From Candidatus Latescibacterota bacterium (GTDB taxonomy: Bacteria > Latescibacterota > UBA2968 > SICM01): 64,000 bases of DNA. The stretch's first letter is position 1, and every line of letters begins with the position of its first letter. The translations under genes were made by a program, and so were the position numbers. Where the stretch lies: NCBI GenBank assembly GCA_965217865.1, contig CBDCJO010000002.1:3264001-3328000 (forward strand), given 5' to 3'. Shown here piece by piece: positions 9,555-19,076 of the stretch. The notes beneath the pieces were generated by a model, which was not told the origin of the DNA, searched no databases, and was given only the letters and a program-made list of their open reading frames with translations.

Positions 9555-11080
9555 CAGCCCGTTGAAGAACTACCTTTCAACGCACATAAACGGAAAAGAC
9601 GCCTGGAGTGCGGGTCAGATAAATCAAGGTAAGGAGATTGAGCAGGAGACGCTGATAAGAGGTTAAAAAGGTAACCGAGGGCAGCAAACGTGATTGTAGG
9701 ACGAGCAGTAGACGCTGCAAGGCCTTGGCCAGGTCCTGGAGGGCCTTCGGAGTACCTACGCCCATCACTTTGCGCATGAGCAGAGCCAGGTTGCAGCCCC
9801 CGATGTGGATCAGCAAACGCTTGAGGATATTGCCGCGGTCTCTCAAGTGCAACCTGCGCATGCCACCGGTATCATATGTGTGAGCGATGGTTCTTTCCAC
9901 CCGTTCTGCACGACTTCGGCGCAAGGCCTTGCCGCGATCTCCCTTGATCCGGCGTCGATTCGCATATACCGCGGCCTGCTCATCTCGTCGGCCGTTCCAC
10001 TTGCGGCGTCCCCGATCCGGTTCTGAAATGTAACTCCGGATGCCGCCTTGCTTCAGACTGGTCAATACATCGTTGCTATGATATCCTTTGTCCGCAACCA
10101 CCTCCCGTATACGCTGTCTGTGCAAACGTTTGGCAGCTTTTTCGTCCTTCGCGACCTGCTTGAGATTGAGCTGCGCCTCGAGCAGCGTCCAGGGCAACGA
10201 CTCGGTATCTCCTTCATCTGCTCCCGACAACGCCACTGCCACAATGGCATTGGTGTCCAGATCCACCGCGTGCTCCACCTTGTGCGCCATGTGCGTGCGA
10301 CCGTCCTTCATCTTAGCGATCTTGGCATCCGGGTCGTGCGGGTGCTCCCAGTCCTGGTTCGATCCCTTCTTCGGTCGCTTCTTATCGATCTTGGACAAGT
10401 CCTCGCGGGTAGGCGTTTCAATGCCCGAGGCCTTGGCCAGATTCTCAAGGAATGCCTGGTAGCCTTCACCCGTGTCACGGCGTACAATGCTGCGCATCGC
10501 GGCGTTGGCCTCCAGTGTCGTAGCATCCACGCCCAACGTCTTCCCCTTCACCAGACCCGCTTTGCACAAGACCCTCAGGATCCACTTGAAAACCGCTTCG
10601 TGAACTTCCAAGGGAAGCCGATGCCGGATGCGAGACAGGCTGGAATGATCCGGGGTCTGTTCGTCAAGGGCATACCCCAAAAACCGGCGCAACGTCAGCG
10701 AGTCAGATACACGCCATTCGATCCCACGTTCCGAATCAAGTCCCTCGAAATACCCAATCAAAAGCATCCGAAAATAAACCCCGGGCGGAATGCCCTTGCG
10801 ACCCATATGAGGAGCGTAATACCGCTGGCAAAGCCCCTCGACGAACTCGTCGAAGCCGTTCGCCCCCAATACCTGATTCAGCTTCTCGTAGAACGGATGA
10901 CCCGGAGATTTCACCAAAGTGTTCGATGCGATGAACAGGTTTTCCTGTCTCTGTCGTCCTCGTTTTCCCATTGCCATTTGCTCGTCCTCCCTTCTCAGTT
11001 TGAACCTGATATATCATAGGACCAAACCACAAGGAAAGACAACAGTCATCTTGGCATAAACGCACTTTTTCAACAGGCTG
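9555..11080 (-). mobile_element. IS1182-like (IS5/IS1182) insertion sequence, copy 1; transposase 9577-10977
   Basis: IRs CAGCCCGTTGAAGAA / TTTTTCAACAGGCTG; flanks CTAT/CTAG; PDHSSLSR, VDATTLEANA, ADKGY; identical to copy 2. Confidence 0.92.
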
Positions 11081-11221
11081 CTAGGCAAGACCACAAGGGG
11101 ACGCGCGCTGAGATTTACATTAACTTTCCCACCAATATTCGCTTCTGGTTGTCGCTTGGCGTTCCAAAGCGAATTACTCCTCCGGCGTCTGGCGGGATTG
11201 TGTAGCGACGGATGACATGAT

Positions 11222-11325
11222 TTTCCTCTTGTATTTGAGGAAGTTGTGGAACAGGGACGCCTGCCGGGTGGCGGGAATCAAGGAGACGACTTTTTATCGC
11301 TGGCTCCAGCATGAAGATGGCGATA
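11222..11325 (+). pseudogene. Terminase-like HTH remnant
   Basis: NRDACRVAGIKETTFYRWL. Confidence 0.55.
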
Positions 11326-11387
11326 GCAGGAAGAGAACAGACACCCGGATTTGGCAGCAACCTAATAGTGTTCCGCCCAAAATTTTA

Positions 11388-11636
11388 TTACGACTTTGAA
11401 CGTTGGATTTGATTCACTTTCCGAAAAGCTTTAATAAGCTTCGCCTCGTTACTTATGCATTCGGGGTTCGCCAAAAGATTTTGAAGAACATTTCGGACTG
11501 CGTGTAAATACCACTCTTCCTGGTTGTCAAATTCCGTCCTTTCGAGAAAATTCTCAAACTCCTCTCGAAGAATCTCATAAGATCCACATGAAGCTTCCCG
11601 CGATGCCCGCTCTAGAGCAACCTGTTCTCCAAATAC
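11388..11636 (-). pseudogene. C-terminal fragment of a hypothetical gene abutting the CRISPR array
   Basis: Protein-like open frame whose only start lies inside a CRISPR repeat. Confidence 0.4.
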
Positions 11637-12254
11637 CTCATTACCCCTCATGGGGATCAGAAACAACGGCTACGAGGTCCTCCGGACGCCTGGTTCCCCT
11701 GGCTCATTACCCCTCATGGGGATCAGAAACACGCGTCTGTTCATTCTGGTAAGTTACTGAGACAAGATCTCATTACCCCTCATGGGGATCAGAAACACCG
11801 CAAATGGAGAAAGAAACGTCACGACAAGGGCAATCTCATTACCCCTCATGGGGATCAGAAACACGCTCGCCGCTCTGTCTGCACTTTGGTCGGAAGGAAG
11901 CTCATTACCCCTCATGGGGATCAGAAACAGTGACACGTCGGGCGCAGACGGAATCGTCACGCGCTCATTACCCCTCATGGGGATCAGAAACAACCTGCGG
12001 CTCGATATACGCGGCTTGGCTCTGCAAGCTCATTACCCCTAATGGGGATCAGAAACCTGTGAATTTGTCCACCACGCTCACCACGTTAGAGATCTCATTA
12101 CCCCTCATGGGGATCAGAAACTCCTGAATAACGCGCTTGGTGTCACAATCGGATTCCTCATTACCCCTCATGGGGATCAGAAACACCCAGGATGCCGGAG
12201 CGGCGCATGAAGGCGATCCGGTGCTGCTCATTACCCCTCATGGGGATCAGAAAC
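11637..12254 (+). CRISPR. CRISPR array: 10 repeats of 28 bp, 9 spacers of 35-42 bp, no adjacent cas genes
   Basis: Repeat CTCATTACCCCTCATGGGGATCAGAAAC at 11637, 11703, 11769, 11835, 11901, 11964, 12029 (1 SNP), 12094, 12157, 12227; CCCC/GGGG hairpin; strand inferred from the 3' GAAAC. Confidence 0.97.
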
Positions 12255-12454
12255 AACTGGATGCGCGAAGCAGAGAGGCGTGAAAGGCGGACATTCACGG
12301 CTTCCTGCAAATCGGACCCGGCCTTCGTCAAATCGTCGTGCCAGCGGCCCTTTTGGGCGCGCACCGAAAGGGCGAGCGGCGAGAGCATGACCGTCGGCAG
12401 CGTCGCCTATTCTCGCGGCGTAGGCGTCTGACCCGAGACTTGTTTCCGGGTCGT

Positions 12455-12660
12455 GACGCATCTTGACCGCTGGTGCTTGAAGACATTGAGCTGCGCCGGC
12501 AGGATGCCACGTTCCTGAACGCTTTGGGCGCTCAGCGTCTCCCGGATCCGACCACAGCAGGCGACTTTACACGTCGTTTCCGGCCATCGGATATCGAGAC
12601 GTTGATGGATTGCATCAACCGGGTGCGCACCCGGATCTGGAAAAAGCGCGCCAGGGGCGA
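12455..12660 (+). mobile_element. IS1380-family transposase internal fragment
   Basis: LEDIELRRQD..FLNALGAQRLPDPTTAGDFTRRF. Confidence 0.75.
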
Positions 12661-12712
12661 ACTCAAAGGGACGAAAGGGCCGCCATTTCATCGGTCGGGT
12701 AAGTGGGTGGAC

Positions 12713-12741
12713 TTGACATTCTGGGGTCATTTGGCTATAAT
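12713..12741 (+). promoter_or_regulatory. Perfect-consensus sigma70 promoter, paralogous to the TA promoter at 52499
   Basis: TTGACA-17 bp-TATAAT; upstream about 50 bp also resembles 52445-52498. Confidence 0.8.
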
Positions 12742-12767
12742 CATTTCGGGAGTTTTGCCAGTCATTT

Positions 12768-13111
12768 GGCAATTATATACTTGACAAAGTAAAAAGAGGA
12801 GAAATGACATGGCCAGTCACGATTTGAACGGGAGCGCTGTAAACCTTGCGAAGGCGTTTCAAAACGTGATTGTTGAAGCCATTGCGTCGATACGTGCGGA
12901 TAATCGCCTTAAAACAAACGACGAGAACACGCAAGCTCAGTTTGCAGACCAGCGAGCCGCTACGGAAAAGAAGATTGCTGAAATCAAGTCGGATATGGTT
13001 GAACTCAAGCGGATCGTGATCAAAAACGGGAGTTGATCTATACGAAGCATCCCTTGAGGAATGGACCAAACACGTTTGGTTCATTATCACTTTGTCAAGT
13101 ATATAATTACC
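12768..13111. mobile_element. IS1595-type MITE carrying a passenger ORF
   Basis: 23-bp IR GG(C/T)AATTATATACTTGACAAAGT; 8-bp TSD AGTCATTT at 12760-12767 and 13112-13119. Confidence 0.88.
12809..13036 (+). CDS. 75-aa coiled-coil-like hypothetical protein (MITE passenger)
   Basis: GAGGAG RBS; helical composition; lies wholly within the MITE. Confidence 0.6.
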   Translation: MASHDLNGSAVNLAKAFQNVIVEAIASIRADNRLKTNDENTQAQFADQRAATEKKIAEIKSDMVELKRIVIKNGS

Positions 13112-13199
13112 AGTCATTTAAAAGGACCGGGGGACAAGCCGCCATACTTTGGTGCGTTAGGATCACAAAACCGGCAATCTGATCTTTTGGTGGCCACCT

Positions 13200-13350
13200 G
13201 TTTAAGGCCAACCTTCGAATCAAGGCCTTTTCCGGCACTTCTCCCAATGCCGTGAAGACACGGATCCGGATCGCCATCAGCGTTTACGTGCTCGTCGTCA
13301 TCATCGAGAAGCGGCTGAACCTTCTCCACCACAAACTCAGCCAAACCCTC
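13200..13350 (+). mobile_element. IS4-family transposase C-terminal remnant
   Basis: LRIKAFSGTSPNAVKTRIRIAISVYVLV. Confidence 0.65.
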
Positions 13351-13511
13351 CCCATTTCCCTACCACCCTGTTTCTGCGCCGCCTCGGCACAAGTCGGATT
13401 CCGGTTGACATTCCGCTGTGGGCACATAGCTTAGAATCGTCCAAACGGTGCCCGACACAATTTCAAGAATCAGCTTGATCCATATTGAGGTGTCAAACTG
13501 GAGGAAAGTGC

Positions 13512-14267
13512 ATGAACTGCGCACTGTGCAAGGAGACAAGAGAATTGAATAAATCCCATATTATACCTGAATTCCTGTACAAACCGCTATACGACGAAAA
13601 ACACAGAGCCCATGTACTTTCAACGGCTCAGAGACATTCAGAACCTTACATACAAAAAGGTTATAGAGAAAAAATTCTCTGTCGATTTTGTGAAAATCAG
13701 TTCTCTGGTTACGAAAAATACGCAGCAGAGGAAGTTTTCGGTCATAAACTTAGAGAGATGCCAATGGTCTACGGGGACAAATTACAGAGGATTGGAGGGA
13801 TTGATTATAAACTCTTCAAGATTTTTCAATTGTCCATTTTATGGCGCGCTTCAGTATCTCAAGGTAGATTTTTTTCTCAGGTTAACCTTGGTCCGCATGA
13901 AGAGCGTGTGAGACGTCTTTTGCGATCAGGATATCCAGATATATCGGCCAAATATCCCTGCGTGATAATTTCAATTCATTCCGATGATCGTCTTATTAAA
14001 GACTTTATAGATTGTCCCGAACACATTCGAGTAAAAGGTCATCACATGTATCGGTTCTTTTTTGGAGGGTTTTTCTGGTTATATTTTATTTCGAGGCATG
14101 ACTTGCCACCATTTGTCAAAGATTTAGCAATTTCTGAAGAAGGAACGATGAAAGTGTATATCGGAAAGAAACTTGAAGACATTGAATATTTGACTAACTT
14201 CTCGGTTGAATTGAACAACAAAAACCGGTTGCCAACACCTACTGAATATCGCGGTAAGGATTCATGA
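13512..14267 (+). CDS. HNH-like zinc-binding putative nuclease
   Basis: GGAGG RBS; CxxC...SHIIP...LCxxCEN; low GC. Confidence 0.65.
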   Translation: MNCALCKETRELNKSHIIPEFLYKPLYDEKHRAHVLSTAQRHSEPYIQKGYREKILCRFCENQFSGYEKYAAEEVFGHKLREMPMVYGDKLQRIGGIDYKLFKIFQLSILWRASVSQGRFFSQVNLGPHEERVRRLLRSGYPDISAKYPCVIISIHSDDRLIKDFIDCPEHIRVKGHHMYRFFFGGFFWLYFISRHDLPPFVKDLAISEEGTMKVYIGKKLEDIEYLTNFSVELNNKNRLPTPTEYRGKDS

Positions 14268-14870
14268 AAGTATTTGGACTTGGATACCCCTTCCTTTGGA
14301 AGGGGAGGAAAAGTTTAGCTTGCCGAAGGCAAGCTAAAAGGCTGTCTTATCGTGTGCAGACCACTGAGACTCATATCGACTCAGGAGGCATACGATGGGA
14401 CTCCGACGGACCAGTCACGCAGTCTATGATAGCCAGTATCCTCTGGTATGGGCACCGAAGTATCGGAAATGGATTTTGCGAGGTGACCTTCGAGAGTATG
14501 TGGGCAAGCTGTTTCATCGGATAGCAGAGGATTTTGGTTTTGACATCCAAGAGATGGAAGTGGCCGAAGATCATGTGCATATTTTCTTGTCGTTTCCTCC
14601 CCGGTATTCGATTTCTAAGGTAGTGGGCATTTTGAAGAGTATTTCGGGCAGCGGGGTCTTCCGAGAACATCCAGAGGTGAAACGGGAGTTATGGGGTGGA
14701 GAATTCTGGGAAGATGGTTATTTTGCCCGCACCGTAGGCGACAAGGTGACTTCTGAAGTGATTGAGCAATATATTCGGTATCATCGTCAAGAGCAGAAAG
14801 GGCCCCTACAGTTGGATCTGTTTGGGGATGGGAGTGGTTAATGCCCCGCCCTTTGGGCGGGGTGGTTTAC
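14266..14870 (+). mobile_element. tnpA: IS200/IS605-family element, tnpA only (tnpA 14395-14841)
   Basis: VWAPKYR, DHVHIF (HUH), FWEDGYF, YIRYH; terminal hairpins; follows TTCAT. Confidence 0.92.
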
Positions 14871-15135
14871 TTCGATTTTCCTGAAATCCAGACCATCACG
14901 AGAACATGGATGCAGGCTAATGAACAGGGAATCTTTATGGCCGCTGTTGTGTTAGCCCTAATGCTTGCGAGCTTTATTACGATGGGCGGCCAATAAACTT
15001 CAGAATTTCCCTTCCGATTAGCAAGATCACTATGCCGCCTCCCAATTCTCCAGGTAACGCGATCAAAGCGGCACCCCCCATTATTACCCCCCCGTCGGAA
15101 CGTCCAGGCCGGGAGCTGGGGCCTGACGCGGTGGT

Positions 15136-15354
15136 ATGCCAACCAAATCCAGAGCCTCATCGAGACGCGGTCGGCGCTCGAGTTCGAGAGTCCAAGAGGC
15201 GCTCCAGATCATCGAGCGGATCGAACAAGACACTTGGGGCGTGAAACTCGTCGAAGTCGACGGGAGGCGCTTCGCGATCCTGCCGGAGAGCACCCCGGAA
15301 AATCCGCTCTTGACCATGGACGGACGGCCTACCGTCAGGCTATCGAGCGAGTGA
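15136..15354 (+). CDS. Small hypothetical protein
   Basis: 72-aa ORF; 3' end abuts the IS3 remnant. Confidence 0.35.
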   Translation: MPTKSRASSRRGRRSSSRVQEALQIIERIEQDTWGVKLVEVDGRRFAILPESTPENPLLTMDGRPTVRLSSE

Positions 15355-16222
15355 GGGAGCCTGGTTAGGCGCCGTTGCCACCAGGCGAGGCGCTGGATGG
15401 TTCGGATGTCTGAGCTGGTTTCGGCGTTCCCGGACTTCCTCGTGTGCCTTCAGGATGCGATACATCGTGCTGAGTGAGCAGAAATACAGGCCTTCATCCA
15501 GCAACTCGGCCCAGACCTGAGGAGGGGCTTTATCCATAAACCGTTCGCAGTGCAACAGATCCAAGACAGTCTGCTGTTCGGGAGGGGCCAGGGCCCGATG
15601 CGACCTGTGCTTTACCCGTGTGGTGGGGGCCTGCCGCCAACGATACAGACTTGCCCGAGACACCGACAGCGCATCACAGGCAGGCGCCACCTCAACTTTG
15701 CGGGAGAGCTCCTCTGCGGCCTGTATCAACCGCTGTCGTCTTCGTCGAGCTGGCTCAGGGGGATCCCCAGGAGATCGGAGGCTTTTTTTGGATCTCCAGC
15801 ATCGCCTCCGCACGCTGTAAGCGCCGCTTCAGGCGGGCGTTTTCCCGCTCCAGTTGTTTGACCCTGGGATCTTCCGGCTTTGCCTTGGGACCTCGCTTCT
15901 TTTTGGCAAGGCCTTCCCTGGCGACTTGGTCTATCTGCCGCCGCCAGGTGGTCAGGTTTGAGGAATGCAGGCCTTCCCGTCTGAGAATCGCCCCAACCTC
16001 CTTGGGGGCCTTGTACTGATCGACTTCCCGGAGAATGTGCAGCTTGTATTCTGTCGTGAAACGGCGGCGCCTCGCCTTCTCCGAAACAGCCGGGTCCGGC
16101 ACCGAACCATCCGCTCCTGCCACCCCATCGGACAAACTCAGTGACTTCATCATCCAATCCGCCTCACCCTCTCCACTAAACTCAGCCGGGAAACTGTCTC
16201 ACTATTATAGACACGGAGGGGG
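15355..16222 (-). mobile_element. IS3-family element: orfA intact (15755-16153), orfB truncated
   Basis: RRRFTTEYKL..GAILRREGLHSS; CSLSTMYRIL...ATAPNQ, then homology ends. Confidence 0.85.
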
Positions 16223-16328
16223 AGATCGCCGAAGTATTGCGCGGGGTTTGAACGCAATCTGGAAGAGGCAGCAGCAGGCGCGGGAACGTCAGCGTGGGCC
16301 GGAGCGAGACTTTGGCCCCATCCGTTAG
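16223..16328 (+). pseudogene. Relaxase/mobilisation-protein-like C-terminal tail
   Basis: QQARERQRGPERDFGPIR-stop, resembling Mob protein tails. Confidence 0.4.
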
Positions 16329-18963
16329 TTTTCCTCCGGTGGCTTTGTCCCGGGAGCGTGGGGAGAATGAGCACTCCCGATATAGCAAGGAGCATACTCG
16401 AACAGTGATCACAGATGGTGCCCAACTACTTAGCCAGGACGGTGCCGCGACTGTCACCGCTACGAACCTTCTCGAACGCCTCGACCTCGAACGTCTAGAC
16501 ATCTCCAATCGCCTAGCTGTCGATCCGAAGCGGCGGGCCGATCTCGGGCAATTCTTCACCCCGGCAAGTGTGGCCGCTTTCATGGCGTCCATGCTCAAGG
16601 CACCCAACCCCCCGAAGGAACTCCGCATCCTTGACCCCGGAGGGGGAAGCGGTGTCCTGATGTCCGCTGCCGTAGCTGAGATTTGTGCTCGTCCTAGGCA
16701 TATGCGGCCAGCCGTTTTACACGCAACGGTTTGGGAGATTGACGAGCTTCTCTCCCGGGATATAACCCGCACGTTTGAGCACTGTCTTAGCGTGTGCCGT
16801 GAAGTCGGCGTTGCGTTTACAGGAGAACTCCGCCAAGAAAACTTCATCTTAGACGCCACAGATTTCGTTGGTGATCGTGGACTCTTCGGTTCAGAGGATC
16901 GTCCACGCTTCCATGTGGCGATCATGAACCCGCCATACCGCAAGCTCCGTAGCGACAGTCCAGAGAGAGCATGCTTGCGTGCGGTCGGCATTGAAACAAG
17001 TAACTTATATTCGGCCTTTGTCTGGCTGGCGATCAAGCTTCTTGAAGAGGACGGAGAACTTGTGGCGATCACTCCTAGGAGCTTCATGAACGGGGCCTAC
17101 TTTGGCCCGTTCCGACAGGCACTCGCTCGCGGCTTCTCTTTCCGGCGCGTCCACGTTTACGATGCGCGCGGCGACGCTTTCTCAGGTGATGGCGTCCTCC
17201 AAGAGAACGTCATCTTTCATGGAGTTCGGGGACGATCCCCTGCGCCGATCAAGATCACAACATCCTTCGGACCGTCTGACAGCGGTCTCGTCGAGCGGAC
17301 GATCCACCCCACGGACCTAATTTACCCAGGCGATAGCAAGTTCGTCCTGCACGTGGTCCCGGACGAAACCGCTGCCCGAATCTCTCAGCAGATGAGGGCT
17401 CTCCCGAATACACTCGCCGAACTCGGGGTTTCCGTCTCTACGGGTCGAGTTGTAGGCTTCCGGGTCAAGGAGCGCTTGCACACTGAAGCCCGACCAGGAG
17501 ACGCCCCTTTGATCTTTCCCGGACGTATCCCTGACGGCTTCGTGTCCTGGCCAAACTCCTCCGGCCAGAAGCCAAACGGACTGGCCGTGAGTGGGCCTAA
17601 TGATGAGTTGTTGCTTCCCTCTGGTTGGTACGTTCTGATCAACCGTTTCAGCGCCAAGGAGGAAAATCGCCGCGTTGTCGCTGCGCTTTATGATCCTGCC
17701 CGCATCGCCGCTGCTGCCGTCGCTTTCGATAACAAGTTGAACGTCCTGCACCGCGATAACGGCGGCCTCCCCGAAGACTTAGCAAAGGGCCTTGCGGTTT
17801 TCCTCAATAGCACCACTGTTGACGCTTACTTCCGACAATTCAGCGGCCACACCCAAGTCAATGCTACCGATCTGCGCGCGTTGCGTTTTCCAGACGCCGA
17901 GGACATTGAACAACTAGGCAGGCGCATAAGCGACTCGATGCCGCTGCAGGACGAGATCGACAAGCTAATCAGAGAGGAGATTACCGCAATGAGGGAAGGG
18001 GACGACCCCGTAGAAGTCAAACGAAGGATCCAGGCTGCCTTGGGGGTTTTGAAATTCCTACAAGCACCCAGAGGGCAAACCAACGAACGCTCGGCGCTCA
18101 CACTCCTCGGGTTGCTCGATCTTGCTCCCTCGGCTCCATGGGCCACGTCGAGTGCCCCGCTCTGCGGCGTCACTGAGCTGATGGACTGGATGGCCGCGAA
18201 ATATGGACGAAAGTACGCGGCCAATACACGCGAGACAATCCGCCGATTTACGCTTCACCAGTTCATAGAGATGGGCCTCGTGCTACTCAATCCAGACGAC
18301 CCCGCGCGCCCGCCAAACAGCCCGAAGAATGTCTACCAAATCGAGCCCTCCGCCCTTGAGCTGCTGCGCTGCTTCGAGACTAACGCTTGGGATTCGAACT
18401 TGTCCGCTTATCTCGATTCGATGGCAGACAAGAACCGCCTTATTAAGAAAGCGCGGCAGATGGAGCGTATCCCTGTCACGCTTCCCGACGGCAAGCAGCT
18501 TGAGCTCACCCCCGGCGGTCAAAACGTGCTCGTCAAGGAGATCATCGAGCAATTTGCGCCACGCTTTGTCCCCGGCGGACACGTGGTCTATGTCGGCGAC
18601 GCAGGCGAGAAGCACCTTCTCTATGACATCGAGTACCTGAATGGTCTTGGCGTTGAGATCGACCCGCACGGCAAGATGCCGGACGCGGTAGTGCATTACA
18701 TCGAACGCAACTGGCTCATTCTCATCGAAGCTGTTACGTCGCACGGTCCGGTAAATGTACTGCGGCACAACCAGCTCAAGGACCTCTTCGCCGGTTCGAC
18801 GGCGGGCCTAGTGTTCGTAACGACATTCCTCGACCGCGCGGCAATGCGGGAGTACCTGCCCGAGATCGCTTGGGAGACCGAAGTCTGGGTGGCTGATGCG
18901 CCAGACCACCTCATCCACTTCAATGGAGAGCGGTTCCTCGGACCGTATGAAACCGCCGAATGA
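16294..18963 (+). CDS. Fused Eco57I-type adenine methyltransferase and BsuBI/PstI-family restriction endonuclease (start uncertain)
   Basis: LGQFFTP, LDPGGGSG, NPPY, SGHTQVNATDLR; then NERSALTLL, NTRETIRRFTLHQF, HGKMPD, IEAVTSHGP, IAWETEVW, HFNGERFLGPY. Confidence 0.92.
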   Translation: MGRSETLAPSVSFPPVALSRERGENEHSRYSKEHTRTVITDGAQLLSQDGAATVTATNLLERLDLERLDISNRLAVDPKRRADLGQFFTPASVAAFMASMLKAPNPPKELRILDPGGGSGVLMSAAVAEICARPRHMRPAVLHATVWEIDELLSRDITRTFEHCLSVCREVGVAFTGELRQENFILDATDFVGDRGLFGSEDRPRFHVAIMNPPYRKLRSDSPERACLRAVGIETSNLYSAFVWLAIKLLEEDGELVAITPRSFMNGAYFGPFRQALARGFSFRRVHVYDARGDAFSGDGVLQENVIFHGVRGRSPAPIKITTSFGPSDSGLVERTIHPTDLIYPGDSKFVLHVVPDETAARISQQMRALPNTLAELGVSVSTGRVVGFRVKERLHTEARPGDAPLIFPGRIPDGFVSWPNSSGQKPNGLAVSGPNDELLLPSGWYVLINRFSAKEENRRVVAALYDPARIAAAAVAFDNKLNVLHRDNGGLPEDLAKGLAVFLNSTTVDAYFRQFSGHTQVNATDLRALRFPDAEDIEQLGRRISDSMPLQDEIDKLIREEITAMREGDDPVEVKRRIQAALGVLKFLQAPRGQTNERSALTLLGLLDLAPSAPWATSSAPLCGVTELMDWMAAKYGRKYAANTRETIRRFTLHQFIEMGLVLLNPDDPARPPNSPKNVYQIEPSALELLRCFETNAWDSNLSAYLDSMADKNRLIKKARQMERIPVTLPDGKQLELTPGGQNVLVKEIIEQFAPRFVPGGHVVYVGDAGEKHLLYDIEYLNGLGVEIDPHGKMPDAVVHYIERNWLILIEAVTSHGPVNVLRHNQLKDLFAGSTAGLVFVTTFLDRAAMREYLPEIAWETEVWVADAPDHLIHFNGERFLGPYETAE

Positions 18964-18984
18964 GTTTCACGCCGATCAGGGGCA

Positions 18985-19040
18985 CATGGGGAGAATAAGT
19001 CATGCAGCGTAAACGAGACAGCTTACTGCCCATCGAAGAT
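18985..19040 (+). pseudogene. repA 5' stub
   Basis: ACATGGGGAGAATAAGTCATGCAGCGTAAAC matches 20745-20775. Confidence 0.65.
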
Positions 19041-19076
19041 AGACCCTAAAAAACCCCGTTTGGAGCATTAAAATAA

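Noticed and set aside
11754-12461. ORFs with FLIPMRGNE / SLPLMGIRN repeats
   Set aside because: Translations of CRISPR repeats
14841-15100. TnpB or Cas12-like effector for the orphan array
   Set aside because: The IS200 ends right after tnpA; no RuvC-type ORF was found
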